DNA from: a virus
Taxonomy: Duplodnaviria > Heunggongvirae > Uroviricota > Caudoviricetes
Strand: one strand, 5' to 3'
IMG/VR virus record: IMGVR_UViG_651053022_000007
Coordinates: 28,836-92,835 of that record
DNA: 64,000 nt
Part shown: piece after piece, positions 39,195-50,436 of the stretch
Numbering within the stretch: position 1 is the stretch's first letter
How the letters are laid out: every line of letters begins with the position of its first letter
Translations under genes and position numbers: made by a program
Notes under the pieces: generated by a model
Told to the model about the DNA's origin: nothing
The model's database searches: none
The model's input: the letters and a program-made list of their open reading frames with translations, nothing else

Positions 39195-39467
39195 TTACCT
39201 CCAGATCCGTTGCTGGAAAGTGCGGGACGGACGTGGTGGGCGTTCGGAATAAGGCAGCCTGACAGAGATTATCCAGTGCCGATAGTCGAGACTGAGAGCT
39301 TTCTTAACCTCGAACCCGCGCCTGCGGTAAGAATGAATCAGCCATTCGGCCTGTTCTTCAGTACATGGTGGGTGTTGGTACCAGTCGGTTTTAAATGCGT
39401 GTGAACGCCGCTCATGCCGGATGGCAAGGTCGGTATCAGAATTGTGAAATTTGGTTTTGTGCGCCAT
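39195..39467 (-). CDS. nin-region hypothetical protein
   Basis: 90-aa ORF; C-terminal 60 aa conserved upstream of the second ydfU-like copy. Confidence 0.35.
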   Translation of the reverse strand: MAHKTKFHNSDTDLAIRHERRSHAFKTDWYQHPPCTEEQAEWLIHSYRRRGFEVKKALSLDYRHWIISVRLPYSERPPRPSRTFQQRIWR

Positions 39468-39634
39468 CTGTTTTCTCTGCTGGCGCAGCAGGTGTCAGGT
39501 GTTCAGGCTGACGTGCGAATTGTAAACCAGAATGCCAGGAAAAAACAAAACCCGCCGAAGCGGGTTAAGTGCGGGTGCGTTGAGGATGCCTGACACATCA
39601 GAGGTGGCGAGGGATTTCTCCCCCGCCGGGTCTC

Positions 39635-39790
39635 TTACTCCTCAGGTTCGTAAGCTGTGAAGACAGCGACCTCCGTCTGGCCGGTTCGGATTCGTACCTC
39701 GCAGAGGTCTTTCCTCGTTACCAGTGCCGTCACTATGACGGTTAAACAGATGACGATCAGGGCGATTAACATCGCCTTTTGCTGCTTCAT
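39635..39790 (-). CDS. hokD: Hok/Gef-family type I toxin
   Basis: 51 aa MKQQKAMLIALIVICLTVIVTALVTRKDLCEVRIRTGQTEVAVFTAYEPEE; not in supplied track. Confidence 0.75.
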   Translation of the reverse strand: MKQQKAMLIALIVICLTVIVTALVTRKDLCEVRIRTGQTEVAVFTAYEPEE

Positions 39791-39807
39791 AGCCTGCTTC
39801 TCCTTGA

Positions 39808-40127
39808 CCTTTCGGTCCGTAAGAGGCTAATCTCTATGTGTCGCATAGATATGGCCTCAGATTAATGTTAAGCGTCTTGCAGGACGCGTAATGTTAACTG
39901 GGGCTTTTCTCTATCTGCCTTTTGGTGTTCATGCCTGAGACAGATAGCCTCAAGCACCCGCACCCTTGCCTTTCGGCACGTAAGAGGCTAACCTACATTT
40001 GTGAGACATAGATTGGGCCTCAGATTAATGTTAAGCGTCTTGCAGGACGCGAAATGTTAACTGGGGCTTTTCTCTATCTGCCTTTCAGTGTTCATGCCTG
40101 AGACAGATAGCCTCAAGCACCCGCAGC
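39808..40127. repeat. tandem direct repeat, 2 x about 160 bp, immediately upstream of hok
   Basis: units 39808-39968 and 39969-40127, a few percent diverged, each with internal palindromes. Confidence 0.6.
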
Positions 40128-40189
40128 CATTCTACTTAACTCACGTCACCTCGCCAATATGAAATCAATCAGAAAGGTGATCCATAAAA

Positions 40190-40876
40190 TTACTCCTTCT
40201 CTTCTTTTCCGTAGTGGAGTTGGCCAATTTTGATAAGAGGGCGTCCCTGAGATTTGCGGTGTAGATTGGTATCGCGCAGAGAATACACACAGCCACAATA
40301 TTCCTGCTGATAGAATTTTTCGCGCTTGCTGATTTCAATCATACGGGACGAGCCGCCCTGCTTGCGCCAGTTATAATCCCAGTACACCATACCCGGATAA
40401 TGCGCAACAGCTCGCCGCCCACACTCGTTAACCTGCTGCATATTTTTCCAGCGTGAAATGCCCAGTGAACTGCTGATCACACTGAAACCATTTTCAGCAG
40501 CGTACAACGCTGTCCGCTCAAAACGCATGTCAAAACACATGGTACAACGGATCCCCCTCTCAGGCTCCCATTCCATTCCTTTGGCACGTTCAAACCAGTT
40601 GTCGGTGTCGTAATCAGCATCGATAAACGGCACGCCGTGTTGTTCAGCAAAGCGAATATTTTCATCCTTACGAATTAAATACTCTTTCTGAGGATGAATG
40701 TTCGGGTTGTAGAAAAAGATGGTGTAGTCGATTCCCGAGGCCTGAAGCGCCTCCATCACTTCACCGGAACATGGAGCACAGCAAGAGTGCAGTAGTAGTT
40801 TGTTTGCCCCGTTTGGGAGCTCCAATTTAGGCCGTTTGAAATCAGCAATAGTCATAAATATTTTTATTGGGGTCAT
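40190..40876 (-). CDS. queH: epoxyqueuosine reductase QueH-like (DUF208)
   Basis: 228 aa; [11 protein letters not shown] motif and conserved Cys pattern. Confidence 0.65.
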   Translation of the reverse strand: MTPIKIFMTIADFKRPKLELPNGANKLLLHSCCAPCSGEVMEALQASGIDYTIFFYNPNIHPQKEYLIRKDENIRFAEQHGVPFIDADYDTDNWFERAKGMEWEPERGIRCTMCFDMRFERTALYAAENGFSVISSSLGISRWKNMQQVNECGRRAVAHYPGMVYWDYNWRKQGGSSRMIEISKREKFYQQEYCGCVYSLRDTNLHRKSQGRPLIKIGQLHYGKEEKE

Positions 40877-41029
40877 GAAAATAGCACAGAGTGTAGCATC
40901 AGAGCAGGGCTATCGGGAATATATGTCTAAATCTGGTAATATCTGGTTTTGACGCAAAGCGGACAACCACGCTGGCTCTACCCTGCGCCATGAAAATGTC
41001 AATTCACATCTGAACTAATGCTCTTTAAT

Positions 41030-41428
41030 CTAGTAACGTCTAAAATACCTAACATTTCCTTGATAAAATGCCAGTACACGCTGCATAGCTTCGCTCTTCC
41101 GGCACTCGCCGTCTGGTAACGACCAGATAAGGTCCGGATCAACCACTGCAGGTTTCTTCACCTTTGCCCTTGAGAGTTTTTTGCGAGCATTTTGCCAGTC
41201 CTTACGCGCCTGTTCAGACGGGAATAACCCGTAACCAGAGTTGTATACATCGCCACTGGCAACCAGCTCTCTGGCGAGAACACTCATCAGATATCTTGTC
41301 GCACCTGTCTTGGCTTCCAGTTGCCGCAACGTCTCGCGACCGCTCAGACGTACAAGTTCAACAACCTGCCCTTTAATTTTTTCCCGCTCTTCTTGTGTAA
41401 ATACTTTTGCCATAAGCGCCTCCGGCAA
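41030..41428 (-). CDS. hypothetical phage protein
   Basis: 132-aa ORF. Confidence 0.4.
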   Translation of the reverse strand: MPEALMAKVFTQEEREKIKGQVVELVRLSGRETLRQLEAKTGATRYLMSVLARELVASGDVYNSGYGLFPSEQARKDWQNARKKLSRAKVKKPAVVDPDLIWSLPDGECRKSEAMQRVLAFYQGNVRYFRRY

Positions 41429-42199
41429 TCACTTTTCCGATACAACACGGCGGGAAGAATCAGTAATCTGTCGAACAATATCCCGGTGCTTGTTCAGCTC
41501 CCGCAGCGCGGCGCAGACTCGCTCCCACTTCTGAACATCACTTTTCGCCCTGCGCAGCGCCAGGTTTGCCCTGCGAAGGGACGGAAAAATCAGCTCATCT
41601 GCTTGCGTTTCGGTAAACGATGGCAACGGCTGCACAATGTCCGCCACAGTTTCTGTTTTAATTTCTTCCTGTGTTGCGGCTTCCCGGACTGGTAACGCAG
41701 CACCTGCTGGCTGAGGAAAGGCCTTACCATCACTTTCCGTTACCAGCGCGGCTTTCGGCTCTGCTGGTAAATTATCGCCCGGCATGCAGTAACGAAATTT
41801 ACCGTTCTGATTAACGCGTGCCAGCCGCCCCGTTGCGGTTACCACCGCCAGCGTGGAAGCAACCTTGCGAGTACTGACACCGAACTTACCCGCCAGTTCC
41901 TCACACGTTTTAGCCCCATCCTGACCGATAAACTCAATCATCATGTCTGCGGTAACTTTTTGTTCGACCTCCCCGGTCAGCATATCCTGTGCTTCAGATT
42001 TTACTGGCCGCTCTTCGGTTACCCGGGATTCACCTTCGCCAGCCAGAAACCAGGTGTGACCAGTTTTATCAACGACGCCTTTTCTTTTGAGTTCCCACAG
42101 CTCGTTGACAGCCTCTTCACGACTGATTCCAAGGCGAGCTGCCACCACATGTGAAGAGGCTTTTTTCAGTGCTTTCAGTGCGTCAGATACGGTTTCCAT
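41429..42199 (-). CDS. DUF1627-like phage protein
   Basis: 256 aa; N-terminal HTH-like segment; downstream of DnaC-like gene. Confidence 0.45.
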   Translation of the reverse strand: METVSDALKALKKASSHVVAARLGISREEAVNELWELKRKGVVDKTGHTWFLAGEGESRVTEERPVKSEAQDMLTGEVEQKVTADMMIEFIGQDGAKTCEELAGKFGVSTRKVASTLAVVTATGRLARVNQNGKFRYCMPGDNLPAEPKAALVTESDGKAFPQPAGAALPVREAATQEEIKTETVADIVQPLPSFTETQADELIFPSLRRANLALRRAKSDVQKWERVCAALRELNKHRDIVRQITDSSRRVVSEK

Positions 42200-42220
42200 T
42201 AAAATTTCCTCCGGACAAAA

Positions 42221-42967
42221 TTACTTCACAACCCTCATATTGCTGACATTTGGACGCCAGCTATCCCAGTTAAACGTCACCCATCGACCACCGTTCATGG
42301 TCATGCGGTCCATAATCCTCTCACCAAGAAGCGTACTCATTGCGGCATGATTCAGGTTTGTTAACATCCCGACACTGCACAGTGATGCTGTCCGGCGATC
42401 AATTATCTGGTGCAATACCACCTGCTCGTTTTTCGTCTCCCGCTGAACGCCTATTTCATCCAGGACCAGCAAATCAACCCCGCAAAGCTCCTGTAAAAAT
42501 TTTTCCCCGGATTTGCCGTTGTCGTAGCTGTCATGCAACACGCTCATGACGTCAGACACGGTGACGATAATCACGCTGCGCCCCTTCACCATCAGCCGGT
42601 TGCCCATCGCCGCTGCAAGGTGATTTTTCCCGGTGCCGGTTTTACCGCTGAACACAAAATTCGTGCACCCGGTCATCAGTTCGTCAGCTATGGATTTGGC
42701 CTGGCTCAGCGCGTATTTTTGCCCGTCGTTCTGCACCTGATAATTTGCAAACGAGCATTTGCTGTGCAGAGGCTGGATGCCCGAACGATTCAGGATTTTT
42801 TCCACCCGCAACTGGCGATTCTGGCGGTTAATCTCCTCGCTGCGTTTTCGTCCTTCAGCAAGTTGCCATTCCCGCCACTCCTCCACCGTCCGGTACGGTG
42901 GAACCGACCCCTGTGGTGCAAGTCTGCGAATACGTTCAAGAACCCCAACTGCCGCAATGTTTTTCAT
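42221..42967 (-). CDS. DnaC-like replication ATPase (helicase loader)
   Basis: 248 aa; Walker A GKTGTGKNHLAAA and Walker B LLVLDEIG. Confidence 0.7.
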   Translation of the reverse strand: MKNIAAVGVLERIRRLAPQGSVPPYRTVEEWREWQLAEGRKRSEEINRQNRQLRVEKILNRSGIQPLHSKCSFANYQVQNDGQKYALSQAKSIADELMTGCTNFVFSGKTGTGKNHLAAAMGNRLMVKGRSVIIVTVSDVMSVLHDSYDNGKSGEKFLQELCGVDLLVLDEIGVQRETKNEQVVLHQIIDRRTASLCSVGMLTNLNHAAMSTLLGERIMDRMTMNGGRWVTFNWDSWRPNVSNMRVVK

Positions 42968-43023
42968 GACACGTCACCCCCTGAATCCCGGCGGTATTTC
43001 AGTGTCCGGTTCAGAAATGTGAT

Positions 43024-45093
43024 TCACGCAACGCGGGGTTCCAGGGTCACCCACTGTGGAATGAGGCCAAAATGCTGCGGCCAGAAGCTGATGCGCTGTT
43101 CATCAGGGACTATGGTGGCAACCAGTTGTTGCAGGCCAGTCTCCGGTGCACAGGCCGAAGAGGTGGTGTTCTGAGCATCATCTAACGGGATTTCATCGGT
43201 CATAATGGCAGATTGCGCTTCGCGTGATTGCTTAAGCCACCATTTAATGGTGTCCCGATCAATGACTCCGCCAGCAGTTTCCAGATCGATAGTCTTACTA
43301 AATTCCGGTCCCATATCTCCGGTTTGCGGATCGAAAAATATTGCATCTATTGAGATAATCGGGGCATCAGGATTTTTTCCCATGGTTTCAAGGTCAATCA
43401 TCAGATGGTGCCACAACCTGCTGGTGGATGTGCTTTTACGATGACTGTTCACCTTAATTAAGGGATTTGCTGTCTCGCCTATTTCATTATTGTCATTGGC
43501 ATGTTGATCGCCTTCGGTGCACTCCTTGTTCGGGAGTCCGGCATTTTCTATTTCCTCTGGATCTTTTTCCCGGGCTTCATCCTGGCTTTCTTCGTTGAAT
43601 GTCTCCTGGTAGGTTGCGTCACCCATCACTGCGCCACAATCAGGGCAGTTACCACCACCAGTCTGATTGCATGCGGTACAAACTTTTTCCTCTTCCTGTT
43701 GCACGACTGGTTCAGGTTGTTTCGTTTCTGGCTCGTTTTGTAACGCATTTTGGCTGTTTTGTTCCGCTTTTTGGTCGTACTGTTCCGTTTCTGACTGGTT
43801 CTGGTGCACAGAATCGCGGGTTTCAATCCCCTTCACCCATTTCGGATCATTCGGGTCGCTAATCCCTTCAACAAATTCACCACGTGATGCAGCGAGCAAC
43901 TTATTAGCGTCAGGCTGGCTGATACTGGCTGCCTGCATAATTTTGTTTACTTCGTCAGCGGTAACTTTTACCAGGTCTGGTTGTGCGGTCGTGTCAGATG
44001 CATCAGTATTTTGTTGTGAACCTGTGTATGTGCCGTTTTTGCGGGCAAAATATTCTTCTTTCGTGATTTCAGTTGCCCCGGCAGCCAGCGCCTTATCCAG
44101 ACCAGAAAGTTTGTTTGCGCGACCGTATTTTTCGCCATCCTTGTCGGTGAAGAGGAAGTAGAACGGCCCCTCACGCTCTACAGATGGTTCGACTTCCACT
44201 TTGCATTCGGTTTTTTCGTTGTCCGGAATTGCCGTTTCCACTGCATCAGTTTCTGGTACTGGCGACGAGAGAGTATCAGTTGCGCTCTGATTTCTTCCTT
44301 CATCTTCAAACACGCCCTTTGTAGTCAGGTATTCAGTAATGTATTTGTTCAGTGCCACAGGGTCTTTGTGAATGTCGATCGGACGTTCACGGACAAGGCC
44401 AAAAATAGTCTGGCGGTCGTAGCGAAGGGCATCAGGCTGTTTGCGCATTGATGCCGAGATACGCTTCCAGTCTTCGCGGTCGTTGTCGATAACTTCTTTT
44501 TTTGCCCAGCGATGGATGCTGCCGTCAATGTTTCCGGCATCCACATCACCAGGCCAGAGAGCGTAGGCCAGTTCGTCATCCAGTGTTTTCCATGTCTGCT
44601 TGTATTCGCGATGAATGGCAGCAATGACCGGGCTGATTTTTCCTGTTGAATTTTCAGTGTACTGTTGATTGGCTCTGGCGCGGGCGAGATCAACAACAGA
44701 CGTGTATTTTCCGGTTTCCTTGCGTTCACCTTCACGACGTTTTTTCCAGATGCGCATCTCTGCCTGAATTTCGGGCCATTTGGCACCAGGCTTACATTTA
44801 TGCTTAACCCACCCGATGGCATGCAGCTTAAGCTCCGGATACATGGCGTTAACTTCTGGCATTTTCATCAACGCTTCAACGATATGTCCGTCGAATGTTG
44901 CCATGTCTTCCTGCAACAATTCCTGTGCGCTAATAACCATATCAACGGTGATGTTTTCACATGTGTCGAACTTAACCATGACAGCGTTCTGTACTTCAGG
45001 GGCCAGCTTGTCAAAAGTGACGTTCATCGGATCGGATTCAGTCTCAACCGGGACAAAAGAAGCAGACTCCTCATCCCAGCGGTTTTCCTGCAT
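43024..45093 (-). CDS. chimeric exonuclease ORF: RecE-like central region plus DEDD 3'-5' exonuclease domain
   Basis: 689 aa; KLLAASRGEFVEGISDPNDPKWVKGI and CTACNQTGGGNCPDCGAVMGDATYQETF match RecE middle region; C-terminal IDLETMG exo-I-like motif. Confidence 0.45.
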   Translation of the reverse strand: MQENRWDEESASFVPVETESDPMNVTFDKLAPEVQNAVMVKFDTCENITVDMVISAQELLQEDMATFDGHIVEALMKMPEVNAMYPELKLHAIGWVKHKCKPGAKWPEIQAEMRIWKKRREGERKETGKYTSVVDLARARANQQYTENSTGKISPVIAAIHREYKQTWKTLDDELAYALWPGDVDAGNIDGSIHRWAKKEVIDNDREDWKRISASMRKQPDALRYDRQTIFGLVRERPIDIHKDPVALNKYITEYLTTKGVFEDEGRNQSATDTLSSPVPETDAVETAIPDNEKTECKVEVEPSVEREGPFYFLFTDKDGEKYGRANKLSGLDKALAAGATEITKEEYFARKNGTYTGSQQNTDASDTTAQPDLVKVTADEVNKIMQAASISQPDANKLLAASRGEFVEGISDPNDPKWVKGIETRDSVHQNQSETEQYDQKAEQNSQNALQNEPETKQPEPVVQQEEEKVCTACNQTGGGNCPDCGAVMGDATYQETFNEESQDEAREKDPEEIENAGLPNKECTEGDQHANDNNEIGETANPLIKVNSHRKSTSTSRLWHHLMIDLETMGKNPDAPIISIDAIFFDPQTGDMGPEFSKTIDLETAGGVIDRDTIKWWLKQSREAQSAIMTDEIPLDDAQNTTSSACAPETGLQQLVATIVPDEQRISFWPQHFGLIPQWVTLEPRVA

Positions 45094-45109
45094 ATATTCA
45101 GCATCCCAG

Positions 45110-45281
45110 GAATCGAGGGCAGGGCGGGGTATACCGGGTTTATCCTCGCAGACAAGAAATTTATAAGCGCAGTCCTGAGCAGCCGGATAATGTTTGAATC
45201 GAGGGCAGGGCGGGGTATGCCAGGTTTATCCTCGCAGACAATAAATTTATAAGCGCAGTCCTGAGCAGCCGGATAATGTTT
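45110..45281. repeat. tandem direct repeat, 2 x 86 bp
   Basis: units 45110-45195 and 45196-45281 with 3-4 mismatches, just upstream of the 43024..45093 start. Confidence 0.5.
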
Positions 45282-45573
45282 TTTCGGTTTTAAACGTTTT
45301 GCTTTTGGTATACGTCATCGCGGTGAATGTGCCGTCCTGGTTGGGAAACACGCCGTACACCAGAGATTCGTTGTTGCCAAGATCGATAGTATCCATGTTG
45401 ACCTCATTTCCCCTTAACGCCGGGGTAGCGGAACAAAAACCTGCTGCATAGTTATTAAAGTTGATTCAATTTTCAGCTTGATCCAGATTTTTAAAGAGCA
45501 AATATCTCAAACATCACCCGAAGATGAGTTTTGAGATATTAAGGCAGGTGACTTTCACTCACAAACCAGCAAG

Positions 45574-45649
45574 TGGCGTCCCCTAGGGGATTCGAACCCC
45601 TGTTACCGCCGTGAAAGGGCGGTGTCCTGGGCCTCTAGACGAAGGGGAC
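45574..45649 (-). tRNA. tRNA-Glu (anticodon TTC)
   Basis: reverse complement reads GTCCCCTTCGTCTAGAGGCCCAGGACACCGCCCTTTCACGGCGGTAACAGGGGTTCGAATCCCCTAGGGGACGCCA. Confidence 0.85.
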
Positions 45650-45734
45650 GTATCAGTCTGCTTCGCAAGACGCCTTGCTTTTCACTTTCTATCAGACAAT
45701 CTGTGTGAGCACTGCAAAGTACGCTTCTTTAAGG

Positions 45735-46781
<1,047 letters not shown>

Positions 46782-46982
46782 TAAAATAGTGGTAAGCGTA
46801 CAGCCTGAACCGTCTGGTCAGAATCTGACTGAACAAATCCCTGCCATTGCTGGCATATAAGAATGAAACCGGATATTTATTACGGAACTGTTTTAAAGAC
46901 CTGCCGGGATTTCGTTATTATCCTGGTGAATAACTTTATCGACCGGGTAACAGTTACCGGGAATTTTCTGTTCGGTTGCTGC

Positions 46983-47103
46983 GCACCAGAAAATCATTGA
47001 TATGGCCATGAATGGCGTCGGATGTTGCGCCAGTGCACGCATTATGGGCGTTGGCCTCAACACTGTTTTACGTCACTTAAAAAACTCAGGCCGCAGTCGG
47101 TAA
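46983..47103 (+). mobile_element. IS1 internal fragment (diverged)
   Basis: GCACCAGAAAATCATTGATATGGCCATGAATGGCG...CTCAGGCCGCAGTCGGTAA. Confidence 0.55.
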
Positions 47104-47355
47104 TCGCTTACGAACCGAAGAAGTAGCCGTTGTGCGGGGAGCAATCCCCGCATATCCGGTTGTCAGGTCAGGGTGGTAAGGCACCTGCTTTACACTTTCG
47201 CCCGCGGTCAGTGATGGCTGCGGGCGACCGTCTCCCGTTATCCGGAAGCTGACAACAATAAAAAAGCCACCAGTTAACTACTGATGGCTCTGATAACTCA
47301 TGCAAGCGTCTCAGACGATCCACTGACACTACCGGTGAGTTTAACGATACCTTCC

Positions 47356-47422
47356 ATTCTGTATTCTGGTCATTTGTTGATACCCTTACATAGCCAATCA
47401 GCACACTGAATCTCCCGTCCAA
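47356..47422 (-). pseudogene. DNA invertase (Pin/Gin/Hin family) N-terminal fragment
   Basis: MDGRFSVLIGYVRVSTNDQNT then unrelated sequence. Confidence 0.55.
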
Positions 47423-47438
47423 AAGCGCAAATCATGCC

Positions 47439-47888
47439 ATGCAGGCCAGAAACGGCCATTATTTAAAACCTCGGTTTACGAGAACTCGGCACAAGCGGGG
47501 AGAAAATGTTATGGCTGCGATCGCTGCCCTCGTGGACTCGTCGCCTGACGCACTGAATACGCTGAACGAGCTGGCTGCGGCGTTGGGCAACGACCCGAAT
47601 TTTGCGACCACCATGACTAGCGCGCTTGCGGGTAAGCAACCGAAAGATGCCACCCTGACGGCGCTGGCCGGGCTTGCTACTGCGGCAGACAGGTTTCCGT
47701 ATTTTACGGGGAATGATGTTGCCAGTCTGGCAACCCTGACAAAAGTTGGGCGGGATATTCTTGCGAAATCGACCGTTGCCGCCGTATACCGTTACTCAGT
47801 ACAGCGAATACCTGGACCAATCGACAAACATTCAGCGGTGGCCTTTCTGGTGAACTATCCGGCAATGCTTCTACAGCTGCAAAATTAA
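47439..47888 (+). pseudogene. side tail fibre (Stf) conserved middle segment, frameshifted relative to the C-terminal part
   Basis: SPDALNTLNELAAALGNDPNFATTMTSALAGKQPK...TKVGRDILAK matches lambda Stf middle region. Confidence 0.5.
47459..47484. promoter_or_regulatory. gix-like invertase crossover site
   Basis: TTATTTAAAACCTCGGTTTACGAGAA matches recalled gix consensus at about 22 of 26 positions. Confidence 0.4.
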
Positions 47889-47911
47889 AAACTGCCAGGA
47901 AAATAAGCAAT

Positions 47912-49105
47912 GTGGCTTTTGATGGTTCCTCCGATATCACATTAAAAGCAAGTCATGTTGGTGCGTTTGCCTTAGGGAAAACAGGAAGCACCGTTGCGAA
48001 TGATAAAGCAGTTGGATGGAACTGGAGTAGCGGAGCCTATAACGCAAATATTGGTGGTGCATCAACGTTAATTATTCATTTTTATATGGGAGAAGGAAGT
48101 TGTCCTGCAGCTCAGTTTCGGATTAATTATAAAAATGGCGGTATTTTTTATCGTTCAGCCCGTGATGGTTATGGTTTTGAAGCCGACTGGTCCGAATTTT
48201 ACACCACCACCAGAAAGCCTTCAGCAGGAGATGTTGGTGCACTGCCGTTATCTGGTGGTCAACTGAATGGTGCACTGGGTATCGGAACATCCAGTGCTCT
48301 TGGCGGTAATTCGATTGTATTGGGTGATAATGACACGGGCTTTAAACAAAATGGCGATGGTAATCTGGATGTTTATGCTAATTACGTCCATGTTATGCGC
48401 TTTGTTCCCGGAAGCATTCAAAGTAATAAGACCATAAATATTACGGGGCGTGTTAATCCCTCGGATTACGGTAACTTTGATTCCCGTTATGTGAAGGAAC
48501 TGTCCGGCAATGCCGCTACTGCAACAAAGCTGAAAACAGCACGAAAAATTGCTGGAGTTGGTTTTGATGGTTCTAGCGATATTTCAATTAGTGCCAAAAA
48601 TGTCAATGCATTTGCACTCCGACAAACAGGTAATACTGTTAATGGTGATACATCCGTTGGATGGAATTGGGATAGTGGTGCATATAACGCCATGATTGGT
48701 GGTGCATCTGCATTAATTCTTCACTTTAATATAAATGCTGGTAGCTGTCCTGCCGTACAATTCCGTGTGAATTATAAAAATGGTGGCATTTCCTACAGGT
48801 CGGCTCGTGATGGTTATGGGTTTGAATTAGGTTGGTCAGATTTCTATACCACGACACGAAAACCTTCAGCGGGAGATGTTGGTGCATATACGCGGACAGA
48901 ATGTAACTCAAGGTTTATTACAGGTATTCGCCTTGGCGGTCTGTCATCTGTTCAGACATGGAATGGTCCCGGCTGGTCTGACAGGTCAGGTTATGTCGTT
49001 ACGGGTTCAGTTAACGGAAACCGTGATGAATTAATTGATACAACACAGGCAAGGCCAATTCAGTATTGCATTAATGGGACGTGGTATAACGCGGGGAGTA
49101 TTTAA
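47912..49105 (+). CDS. side tail fibre C-terminal (variable, receptor-binding) region
   Basis: 397 aa with internal duplicated domain; directly followed by tfa. Confidence 0.55.
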   Translation: MAFDGSSDITLKASHVGAFALGKTGSTVANDKAVGWNWSSGAYNANIGGASTLIIHFYMGEGSCPAAQFRINYKNGGIFYRSARDGYGFEADWSEFYTTTRKPSAGDVGALPLSGGQLNGALGIGTSSALGGNSIVLGDNDTGFKQNGDGNLDVYANYVHVMRFVPGSIQSNKTINITGRVNPSDYGNFDSRYVKELSGNAATATKLKTARKIAGVGFDGSSDISISAKNVNAFALRQTGNTVNGDTSVGWNWDSGAYNAMIGGASALILHFNINAGSCPAVQFRVNYKNGGISYRSARDGYGFELGWSDFYTTTRKPSAGDVGAYTRTECNSRFITGIRLGGLSSVQTWNGPGWSDRSGYVVTGSVNGNRDELIDTTQARPIQYCINGTWYNAGSI

Positions 49106-49107
49106 CG

Positions 49108-49641
49108 ATGATGCACTTAAAAAACATTACTGCTGGCAACCCTAAAACAAAAGAGCAATACCAGCTAACAAAGCAATTTAACATCAAATGGCTTTATTCA
49201 GCTGATGGAAAAAACTGGTATGAGGAACAAAAGAATTTCCAGCCAGACACTTTGAAAATGGTCTATGACCATAACGGCGTTATTATTTGTATTGAAAAGG
49301 ATGTTTCAGCAATTAATCCGGAAGGCGCAAGCGTCGTTGAATTACCTGATATTACAGCAAATCGCCGGGCTGATATTTCGGGGAAATGGATGTTCAAAGA
49401 TGGCGTAGTGGTAAAGCGAACTTATACCGAGGAAGAGCAGAGGCAACAAGCGGAAAATGAAAAGCAGAGCCTGTTGCAACTTGTCAGGGATAAAACTCAG
49501 CTATGGGACTCACAGCTACGGCTGGGCATCATTTCCGACGAGAATAAACAAAAATTAACCGAGTGGATGCTCTATGCGCAGAAAGTCGAATCCACAGACA
49601 CCTCCAGCCTGCCAGTAACATTTCCCGAACAACCTGAATGA
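49108..49641 (+). CDS. tfa: tail fibre assembly protein Tfa
   Basis: 177 aa; [21 protein letters not shown]...[15 protein letters not shown]. Confidence 0.8.
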   Translation: MMHLKNITAGNPKTKEQYQLTKQFNIKWLYSADGKNWYEEQKNFQPDTLKMVYDHNGVIICIEKDVSAINPEGASVVELPDITANRRADISGKWMFKDGVVVKRTYTEEEQRQQAENEKQSLLQLVRDKTQLWDSQLRLGIISDENKQKLTEWMLYAQKVESTDTSSLPVTFPEQPE

Positions 49642-49669
49642 GACAAGGCCCGATAACGGGCCTTAATTT

Positions 49670-50040
49670 TTATTCAGGCTTTTGTGGCCATTCAGGATTT
49701 GCCGTATCCACACGGTTGACCAGAACACTGTAGCGTTCCCATGCTTCCAGTCGTGTGCGTTCCTCGTCTGTTGCCATATTCAGCCTGACAGCGCGTTCCA
49801 GCGGCTGGATGACTGATTCAGCTTCGGAAAGCAATGCGGCCTTTTGTGATTCGGCCTGTTGTTGCTGTTCGTCAGCCGTATAAATCCGTTTAACCACAGC
49901 TCCGTCCTTAAACATCCACTTACCGGAATCATCGGTCCGACGATTGGCCGTTATATCGGGAACCTCGACGACGCTAAAACCTTCGGGATTAAGCGTGGAG
50001 GCATCTCTGGTGATGGCGACAATAATATTATTTTCATCGT
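49670..50040 (-). pseudogene. tail fibre assembly protein fragment (N-terminally truncated), inverted
   Basis: ...[25 protein letters not shown]...EWPQKPE on minus strand. Confidence 0.55.
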
Positions 50041-50051
50041 AAACAATCTTT

Positions 50052-50354
50052 ATGGTTTATTACTTTGTGACCTATGATAAAAATATAGAAGAACTAGCGA
50101 GAATTGCTGATGGTGGAGCATATCCTGCTATAAAACCTGATGATATTTGTACATTACCTCTAATTATTCCATCAATAAATATAATTGAGAAATTTGATGA
50201 ATTAACAAGCAATTTCAGAGAGATGATGAATAACTCATTAATTCAAAACGAATATCTCACCAACCTCCGAGGCACCTTGCTCCCGAAACTCATCTCCGGC
50301 GAGCTATCCCTGGAAGATCTTCCGGATCTCACCACCGATACAGAAGCCGCATAA
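50052..50354 (+). pseudogene. type I R-M specificity subunit (HsdS) C-terminal fragment
   Basis: ends LRGTLLPKLISGEL, the conserved HsdS repeat-end motif; no N-terminal target-recognition domain. Confidence 0.55.
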
Positions 50355-50436
50355 CGCATTTTGCCCCTGTAAAATCAGGGGCTTTCTGGTAAGGTTTTCT
50401 ACTGATACGGGAATGCTTACCAGAAATTAGCCAGGG

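Noticed and set aside
39808-45281. Possible CRISPR array among the tandem repeats (39808-40127 and 45110-45281)
   Set aside because: Only two copies each, 86-160 bp units, directly adjacent with no spacers; no cas genes in the window.
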